Source: a bacterium (GTDB lineage Bacteria > Patescibacteriota > Patescibacteriia > Magasanikbacterales > GWA2-37-8). From it: 64,000 bases of DNA. The notes under the pieces are model-generated. The model searched no databases. It had not been told where the DNA came from and worked only from the letters and a program-made list of their open reading frames with translations. The stretch covers positions 17,524 to 81,523 of the forward strand of contig JBDROJ010000019.1 of NCBI GenBank assembly GCA_043810165.1, given 5' to 3'. The translations under genes and the position numbers were made by a program. The number at the start of each line of letters is the position of its first letter. The stretch's first letter is position 1. Below, piece by piece: positions 56,796-64,000 of this stretch.

Positions 56796-58001
56796 CTATT
56801 TTTTATCAACTTTAATCGCCATAATTCTGGCCAGATGTTCCAATTCACCTGCCAATGGTCTGGCATAATTTCTAAAGGCAGTGGTCACATAATTATCGCC
56901 CTGGATAAATACATCTGGCATGGTCTTGGTTTTTCCAGCCACCTCTTCCAATTCAATTAATTTATAGTGTACAGCATAATCACCCACGCGATCAATGGCC
57001 ACCGAGCCATCAACATCATCCCAAACCGAATATTGCACAGCTCGCTCGCCCACTTCACGCGCTTCATGTCTATCCCGCGCGCTAACACAACCCAAAAATG
57101 AACGTTGTAAATAGCCAAAAGTATCAGCTCTCACTCTTTTTATATTTGTTCTGCTTCTAATTAAATCAGCCAATAGGTCGCCTAACACGCCACTGCCTGA
57201 TAATTGAGTATTGCCATGGGCATCTTGTTCTTTGCTTTTCATTAGGTCGGCCATAATATAATTGCCTTCAGCATCATGGATTCCCTCTGACACAGCTATC
57301 ACACAACGACCGTATTTATCATAAACAGATTGTACATCATTAACAAATTTTTCCGGATCAAAAGTTCTCTCCGGCAAGTAAATCAAATGCGGTCCATCAT
57401 CAGGAAACCTCTGAGCCAAAGAAGATGAGGCCGTCAAAAATCCTGCATGCCTGCCCATAATTACTCCAATATATACGCCGGGTAAGGACAGATTATCTAA
57501 ATTTACTCCGGCAAAAGATTGGGCCACAAACTTTGCAGCCGAGCCATAACCAGGGCAGTGATCGGTGCCTACTATATCATTATCAATTGTCTTGGGAATA
57601 TGGATAACGCGCAATTCATAATTGGCAGATTTGGCTTGCTCATTAACTATATGGCAAGTTGAAGCCGAGTCATTGCCACCAATATAATAAAAATAACGGA
57701 TATCATGTTTTTGCATAACCGCAAACATTTGCTCGCAGTATTTTTCATCCGGCTTGTCGCGGGTGGATCCAATTGCCGAACCAGGAGTATTGGCAACTCT
57801 TTCCAAATTATGAGTTGTTGATTGGGTTAAATCAATAAAACTTTCATCCCTAATTCCGCTTACTCCAAATCTGGCGCCGTAAATTCGTTCAATTTCAATA
57901 AATTTTCTAGCCTCTAAAATTACACCTGCCAAGCTTTGGTTTATAACCGCAGTAGGCCCGCCCCCTTGAGCCACCAAAGCTTTTCCTTTTAATTTTGACA
58001 T
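56796..58001 (-). CDS. pfp: Pyrophosphate-dependent phosphofructokinase
   Basis: GGGPTAVIN, GGNDS (Asp typical of PPi use), PKTIDND, MGRHAG. Confidence 0.85.
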   Translation of the reverse strand: MSKLKGKALVAQGGGPTAVINQSLAGVILEARKFIEIERIYGARFGVSGIRDESFIDLTQSTTHNLERVANTPGSAIGSTRDKPDEKYCEQMFAVMQKHDIRYFYYIGGNDSASTCHIVNEQAKSANYELRVIHIPKTIDNDIVGTDHCPGYGSAAKFVAQSFAGVNLDNLSLPGVYIGVIMGRHAGFLTASSSLAQRFPDDGPHLIYLPERTFDPEKFVNDVQSVYDKYGRCVIAVSEGIHDAEGNYIMADLMKSKEQDAHGNTQLSGSGVLGDLLADLIRSRTNIKRVRADTFGYLQRSFLGCVSARDRHEAREVGERAVQYSVWDDVDGSVAIDRVGDYAVHYKLIELEEVAGKTKTMPDVFIQGDNYVTTAFRNYARPLAGELEHLARIMAIKVDKK

Positions 58002-58032
58002 AGATAAGACGATTAATTTAATTAAAAATATT

Positions 58033-58692
58033 TTATCTTATTCCGTTCCATTCGGCAATAAATTCATCAATAAAACTTAACAAAAATTCGCTCCTTCTCT
58101 TGGCTATTTTTTTGCCAGTTTTGGTATTCATCATCTCCGACAATCTCAAAGACTTCTCAAAAAAATAATTCAAGCTGGTGCCTTCATATTTTTTCTTCTG
58201 ATAATCTAATTTATTTAAACCAGTACGCGGTTTAATATCTGGGTCATACATCATGCGTCCGATTTGTCCGCCTGTTGCAAAACCCCTGGCTATACCTATT
58301 GCTCCAACAGTCTCAAGCCAATCCGCATCTTGAATAATTTTGCCTTCAATGGTTGATGGCACTTTGGTTTCACTACCCTTGTATTGCGATTCTGATACTA
58401 TACGCATAATCCGGCGCTGTGTATCTCGATTTATTTCCAAAATATCCATCATGGCATCTAATACCAAATTACCCTTGTATTCATTATAATCATGCTTTTT
58501 GTAATCACCAAGGTCATGCACCAAAGCGGCTAATTCAATCACCGATAGATTTCCACCTTCTTCCCTTTGCAATATCCTGGCCATGCGCAAAACCCTTTGG
58601 GCATGATACCAATCATGACCTGTTGGCTCGCCCCAAAGCTTGGATTTTACATAAGTGGCCACTCTTTTCACCAATATTTCTGATGTAGTCAT
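58033..58692 (-). CDS. HD-domain phosphohydrolase (YedJ-like)
   Basis: GHDWYH..RV, AALVHD, QDAD.L...GAIGIAR. True start MTTSEI (58692); the track extension overlaps 5S. Confidence 0.9.
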   Translation of the reverse strand: MTTSEILVKRVATYVKSKLWGEPTGHDWYHAQRVLRMARILQREEGGNLSVIELAALVHDLGDYKKHDYNEYKGNLVLDAMMDILEINRDTQRRIMRIVSESQYKGSETKVPSTIEGKIIQDADWLETVGAIGIARGFATGGQIGRMMYDPDIKPRTGLNKLDYQKKKYEGTSLNYFFEKSLRLSEMMNTKTGKKIAKRRSEFLLSFIDEFIAEWNGIR

Positions 58693-58759
58693 ATATATGT
58701 TATTTTCTGTGTTTAGCTTAGCAGAAATAGTGAAAATTGGCAATAAAAAAAGACCATTG

Positions 58760-58867
58760 TCCTGGCGCCGGCTTACTTTTGCTTTACAGCTATCATCAGC
58801 GTTGGGAAGCTTAACTACCGTGTTCGGGATGGGAACGGGTGTAACCTTCTCACTTGAGGCACCAAGA
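58760..58867 (-). rRNA. rrf: 5S rRNA (short, ~108 nt)
   Basis: Conserved ACACCCGTTCCCATCCCGAACACGGTAGTTAAGC; flanked by processing inverted repeat agaccattgtc/gacaatggtct. Confidence 0.92.
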
Positions 58868-59212
58868 CAATGGTCTCTTGTTTTTTCCAGGGTATTGTTT
58901 TTAAGCACTGCTTAGTGTTTTTGTCGTATGCTCGGCTTATTAGTACGCCTCGGCTTAACTCTTTACAGAGCTTAGACCTGGCGCCTATCAACCTCGTAGT
59001 CTACAAGGAGCCTATAACGAATATTAATCTTGAGGACGGCTTCACGCTTAGATGCTTTCAGCGTTTATCCGCGCCAAACGTAGCTACCCAGCAATGCCCT
59101 TGGTAGGACAACTGGTACACTAGAGGTTCGTCCACTCCGGTCCTCTCGTACTAGGAGCAGGTCCTCTCAATATTCAACGCCCACAGCGGATAGGAGACCG
59201 AACTGTCTCACG

Positions 59213-59974
59213 CATGTTCTTCCATTATTACTAATGGCACAGACTATACCTTCATCCTCTCCAACAACAATGGAGGAGGAGCTGACGTGTGATAAGTGAT
59301 ATAAGTTATTTTTTGAACACCTATCTCATCCTTCTGTCTGCCAGAAACAGACATCCAGAATCAGTCGTTACGGGGGTATAATTTATGTTGTCTTAAAAAA
59401 TTCTTCAAAACATCAGAGGTATTAGTTCTCTTTTTGGAATAATTTAATTCCTTGAACTTATCAACCAATTCAGCTGCCTTAACAAATTTTTCTATGGAAA
59501 ATTTTCCTTGTAGAATTTTATTTATTTGAAAAGCAACTAAAACATGTTCTTTTTTGAGAATTATATAAGGCTTCAATAATTTCAAAATCTTAATTACCGA
59601 CTTAAAACCAACTATGGTATATTCGGTCATATCATCATTGCGATCTCTGATATAACCTACTCCTGCAAATGTTTCTTTAAGCCATTCTAAATGACTCTTT
59701 ATGACTCTTTTTATCAGTCTTCTGGTAGAAAACTACGCTGGCACGGATCTGAAATCCATACACATAGTCTTTTCTACGGACTAATTGGAACATTATACAG
59801 CCATCTCCATCTAGAAATCCTGCGATATAAGATTTTGTTGTGGACGAAATTATTGACATAAATCAACCTTCCCACGGCATTGCCCTCTAAAAAGTTCGGT
59901 AAATTTAGTAGGGTTTCACCGTTATGAGTCAGATTTATTGTATCATATTTCTACGATAGAACGCAATGTAGTTT
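59213..59974 (-). ncRNA. Group I intron in 23S at the L2593-type (I-CreI) site
   Basis: Splits GAACGT|CGTGAGACAG; 5' exon ends in U and intron ends in G; core elements ACGGTGAAACCC, GGCAATGCCGTG, CCCGTAACGACT, AGGTATAGTCTG. Confidence 0.92.
59361..59859 (-). pseudogene. Single-motif LAGLIDADG homing endonuclease (I-CreI-like), frameshifted
   Basis: YIAGFLDGDG...FYQKT. Tandem duplication atgactcttt at 59691-59710; removing one copy gives a continuous 162-aa ORF. Confidence 0.9.
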
Positions 59975-60007
<33 letters not shown>

Positions 60008-60020
60008 TGGCGAACAGCCA

Positions 60021-60080
<60 letters not shown>

Positions 60081-61374
60081 CGCCGTCTATATGGACTATC
60101 GGGCGAGATCAGCCTGTTATCCCCGGAGTAGCTTTTATCCGTTGATCTTCCACCTTCCTATGTAGGGTGGTCGGTTCACTAACTTCTGGTTTCCCAACTG
60201 CTCGGGTTGTAGCCCTTGCAGTAAAGCTGGCTTTTGCGTTTGCACGTCCAGCTCGGTTTCCATCCGAGCTAAGCCAACCTTTGTAAACGCCTCCGTTACT
60301 TTTTGGGAGGCATCCGCCCCAGACAAACTACCCACCAGACACTGTCTCCCCTTCCTGATTCAAGGAAGGAAATTAGGTACAAAACTAAACAAGGGTGGTA
60401 TCTCACTGGCGATCCGAAGATCTTCCACCTATACTGAACATGTTTAGCCTTATACCAATATCAAGTTGTAGTAAAGCTTCACGGGGTCTTTTCGTCCGGC
60501 TGTGGGTAACCGGCATCTTTACCGGTCTTGCAATTTCACCGAGTCCCTCGTTGAGACAGTCTCCCCATCGTTACGCCATTCGTGCGGGTCGGAACTCACC
60601 CGACAAGGAATTTCGCTACCTTAGGACGATTATAGTTATCGCCGGCGTTCATCAGCGCTTCAGTTTCCTGCTTTGTCATAAAGACTAACAAGTCGCCTTA
60701 ACGTTCTGACACTGGCCAGGCGTCGCCCCCTATACTTCAGCTTACGCTTTTGCAGGGAGCTGTGTTTTTGATAAACAGTCGCAGGGAGTCTTTTGTTGTA
60801 GCCCCGATTTGAGTCGGGGCGGGCCTTATCCCGAAGTTACGGCCGCTGTTTTGCCGAGTTCCTAAACGAGGGTTATCTCGTACGCCTTGGTCTTCTCGAC
60901 CTACCTACCTGTGTTGGTTTACGGTACGGTTACCTATAGCCTAGCGGTTTCTAGCTTTTCTAGGCATTCTCTTACCTCAAATTGACTCTACCCGAAGGCT
61001 TTGTCTCCATCTTGCGATACGTGTATAACCGAAACACGCTTAAAGATTAAAAATGCGCACTAAAAACCAAACTATAAGCAGTGCAGGAATATTAACCTGC
61101 TGATCCATCGGTTACGCCTTTCGGCCTGGCCTTAGGACCGACTAACCCTGGGATGATTCACGTTGCCCAGGAAACCTTGGGTTTTCGGCGGGCAGGATTC
61201 TCACCTGCCTTTTTGTTACTTATGCCTGCATACTCGCTTCCTAACGCTCCACCAGTCCTCGCAGATCCGGCTTCAACGCAGATAGGAATGTTCCTCTACC
61301 ACGCCTCGACTAAGTCGAGACATTCGCAGCTTCGGTACCATGTTTAGCCCCGTTACATTCTCGGCGCTAAAACT

Positions 61375-61441
<67 letters not shown>

Positions 61442-62012
61442 GAGAATTAAAACCACCTTGCGTGCACTTAACATGGATTTTGGGACCTTAGCTAGCGATC
61501 TGGGCTGTTTCCCTTTTGACTATGAAGCTTAGCCCTCACAGTCTGACTCCTAAGTTTTTGACTACCGGCATTCGGAGTTTGATTGAGGCGGGTATCCCGA
61601 AGGACCCCGACCTCATCCAGTGCTCTACCACCGGCAGGAACACTTAAGGCTAGCCCTAAAGCTATTTCGAGGAAAACCAGCTATTACCGAGTTCGATTGG
61701 AATTTCTCCGCTATCCACAGCTCATCCCCGCGTGTTGAACGGCGCGTGGGTTCGGACCTCCCCCCGATTTTCATCGGGGCTCATCCTGGCCATGGATTGC
61801 TCACTCGGTTTCGGGTCGTGTAACAGAAACTATTGACGCTGGTTAAAACTCGCTTTCGCTGTGCCTACGGACCATAGGCCCTTAAGCAAGCTACTGCTAC
61901 ACACTCGCAGGCTCATTCTTCAATAGGAATACTATCATCCCGACTAAGTCGGGACTTTAGCTCTTTGTAAGCATATGGTTTCAGATACTATTTCATCGCC
62001 CTCAACGGGCTA

Positions 62013-62049
<37 letters not shown>

Positions 62050-62836
62050 ATCACCAAAAGTATTTAGCCTTAGACCATAGTCGGCCTAGATTCAGACAGG
62101 ATTTCACGAGTCCCGCCCTACTCAAGGACACTAACCATGATTGCAATTATTCTTTTCGCGTACGGGGCTTTCACCCTCTTTGACGGCTCTTTCCATAGCC
62201 TTCTGCTAAAAATAATGCTCTCACCTGATTTAACAGAAAATCAGCGTTAGGCCTTACAACACCGTATAAAAAACGGTCTGTTCCTTTAAACTACAGTTCA
62301 AAATCAATTCGAAAATCAATCAATCACCATAGAAACTTTTATACGGTTTGGGCTGTTCCCTTTTCGCTCGCCGCTACTTAGGGAATCTCTTCGATTTCTT
62401 TTCCTCTGGGTACTGAGATGTTTCACTTCCCCAGGTCTTCTTTATATACCTATGTATTCAGTATATAATGCCGCGTAAAACGCAGCGGGTTCCCCCATTC
62501 GGACATTCCCGGATCAAAGGTTGCTTGCCACCTCCCCGAGACTTTTCGCAGGCTGCCACGTCCTTCTTCGTCTTTTGGTGTCTAGGCATCCACCATATGC
62601 TCTTAGTAAAATTGCATACGACAAAAACACTAAATTGTGCTTTTGTTTCATCCTGTACCGAGCCTATTGAAGACAAGCTCCGGTCAGGACGATTTATTTT
62701 GCCTGAATCAAACGGACGAAGTCTACGCTTGCTTGCGCTTGACTTATATTTTGATTCAGGACCCTGGTTGAGTTGTCAAAGTACTTTCAAGTCCTATTCA
62801 TGAACTACCATCTTGACAATGCATGTAAAAGACTGG

Positions 62837-62862
62837 AAAAAAAGAACCGCTAGTAAGCGGCC
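62837..62862 (-). terminator. Intrinsic terminator-like hairpin upstream of 23S
   Basis: Transcript GGCCGCTTACTAGCGGTT-CTTTTTTT. Confidence 0.6.
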
Positions 62863-63031
62863 TTTAAAACAATAACTGTTTTGAGTTTAACCGCTTGGAT
62901 GAATTGAGTAAAAAATTTGTACTTGTTTTAACATTTTGTTTGCAAGTTATTTTACCCAGAGGTCCAAACTGTTTAAGCTCTGATTGGACGTGGTGTCCAG
63001 ATGCATATCGGGACAATTTCACGTGCTCATA

Positions 63032-63060
63032 ATAATACATTAAAACAAAAAACTTGTCAA
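63032..63060 (-). promoter_or_regulatory. Near-consensus sigma70 promoter facing 23S
   Basis: TTGACA-17 nt-TATTAT; the -35 box lies inside inverted repeat aacttgtca-agc-tgacaagtt (63051-63071). Confidence 0.7.
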
Positions 63061-63097
63061 GCTGACAAGTTTGCACAGGTGTGGATAAATAATGGAG

Positions 63098-63367
63098 CTA
63101 TAATACGGCTAAACAAGCACCATGTTCTTCAATAATTTCTTGCACCAAACCATGATTTTTTAGATAGCCTTTTACTTTTTCCCCCAACCTACCAGTACCT
63201 CCACCATAAACTATCCTAATTACTTTTTCATTATTTTTGTCATGGTGGTCGAATAAAAAAATCTCTAAACGATCAAGAGCGTCACTTGGATACAAACCGT
63301 GTAGATCCAAAATCGGAAGATCATCGCTTAGTTGAGCGGCAAATATTTTGGCGTCATGATTATTCAT
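63098..63367 (-). CDS. Smr/MutS2 C-terminal domain protein
   Basis: LDLHG...A...L..F...IRIVYG.GTG.L...V. Confidence 0.85.
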   Translation of the reverse strand: MNNHDAKIFAAQLSDDLPILDLHGLYPSDALDRLEIFLFDHHDKNNEKVIRIVYGGGTGRLGEKVKGYLKNHGLVQEIIEEHGACLAVL

Positions 63368-63812
63368 GATATCCTAGTCTTTTTTTAATCTTTTCCAAAA
63401 AACTTCTAATTTTTGTTTTGGCCATCTCGTTCATATTATCTTCCAAATTATAATGACTGCGGGATATCAATTCTTCCACCAAGACTTCTCTTATGCCTCT
63501 TAATATATGCTCGGGAAAATTAAGCAGATCAGCTGGTTCTGGTCCATTTAGTACTAACTCAACTATCCTCTGTTTGACGATATTAGATGCATCTTGACTA
63601 CTACTATATTGCTTTTCATAACCAGGCTCTGCTTCCAAGGTTTTTTCATCTGTAAATTCTGACTCCACATCTTCTGTGGCTCTGCTCAATAAGTTACTTA
63701 ATGAAACCGCGTTTAGTTCTACGGTTTTACTACAATCTCGAGATCTAGGCGATTTTTGATTTTCTGCCTCTCCAAAACCGCTAGAGATTGATGTTTTTTT
63801 ATCAGCCGACAT
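63360..63812 (-). CDS. Hypothetical protein
   Basis: 150 aa ORF, stop overlapping the Smr start region. Confidence 0.55.
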   Translation of the reverse strand: MSADKKTSISSGFGEAENQKSPRSRDCSKTVELNAVSLSNLLSRATEDVESEFTDEKTLEAEPGYEKQYSSSQDASNIVKQRIVELVLNGPEPADLLNFPEHILRGIREVLVEELISRSHYNLEDNMNEMAKTKIRSFLEKIKKRLGYHE

Positions 63813-63831
63813 ATTGTTTTAGAATTAATTG

Positions 63832-63913
63832 TGCTGGGGAGAGGACTCGAACCTCCACGCCCGAAGGCAATAGCTCCTAAGGCTACCGCGGCTACCAATT
63901 ACGCCACCCCAGC
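63832..63913 (-). tRNA. tRNA-Leu (anticodon TAG)
   Basis: GCTGGGGTGGCGTAATTGGTAGCC..., arm GTAGC-CTTAGGA-GCTAT, variable arm GCCTTCGGGC. Confidence 0.93.
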
Positions 63914-64000
63914 ATTAACTTTATCAGTTATATCATAAATCAAATAAAAAATCAATAAAAAGACAGGCTTGTAAACCTGTCTTTTTAAATAAATGTTGGT

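Noticed and set aside
58693-58908. N-terminal extension of the HD protein
   Set aside because: Runs through the 5S rRNA gene
62864-63076. 70-aa ORF upstream of 23S
   Set aside because: Begins upstream of or across the promoter with no SD or recognisable motif; an RNA-level explanation fits better

Overview
AT-rich bacterial chromosome segment with the hallmarks of a Patescibacteria/CPR genome: CPR-type pilin fusions, two TrmB regulators, mostly SD-less starts, tRNA genes without CCA, and a 23S-5S unit not preceded by 16S. The taxonomy is inferred, not searched. Housekeeping genes: clpC, radA, recG, der, pth, dprA, folC, topA, relA/spoT, parAB, asnS, recO, rpmF-nusB-rnc, six tRNAs, and a 23S rRNA carrying a group I intron at the I-CreI (L2593-type) site whose LAGLIDADG gene is frameshifted by a 10-bp duplication. 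Highlights: (1) a ~15 kb co-oriented cluster that reads as a complete, hybrid UDP-GlcNAc route (PPi-PFK, aldolase, GlmS, GlmR/YvcK, a GNA1-like GNAT, a stand-alone GlmU N-domain) interleaved with acetyl-CoA suppliers (ATP-citrate lyase split into three genes, and a 2-oxoacid:ferredoxin oxidoreductase). (2) Two tandem Cys-rich pilin-anchored proteins share a 93% identical pilin core but carry different wall-hydrolase-like tips (C39-like peptidase vs lytic transglycosylase), next to DsbA. (3) A nested GTCATTGCGAG palindromic element has five intergenic copies, plus one half-copy that holds a second palindrome and sits in-frame inside a gene. (4) An unannotated 48-aa (VAKKK)8 histone-H1-like protein. 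(5) tRNA-Arg(GCG) plus tRNA-Arg(TCG). (6) rRNA helix losses and gains, and a structured, terminator-bounded transcript upstream of 23S. All calls are by-eye motif recognition; no databases were run.
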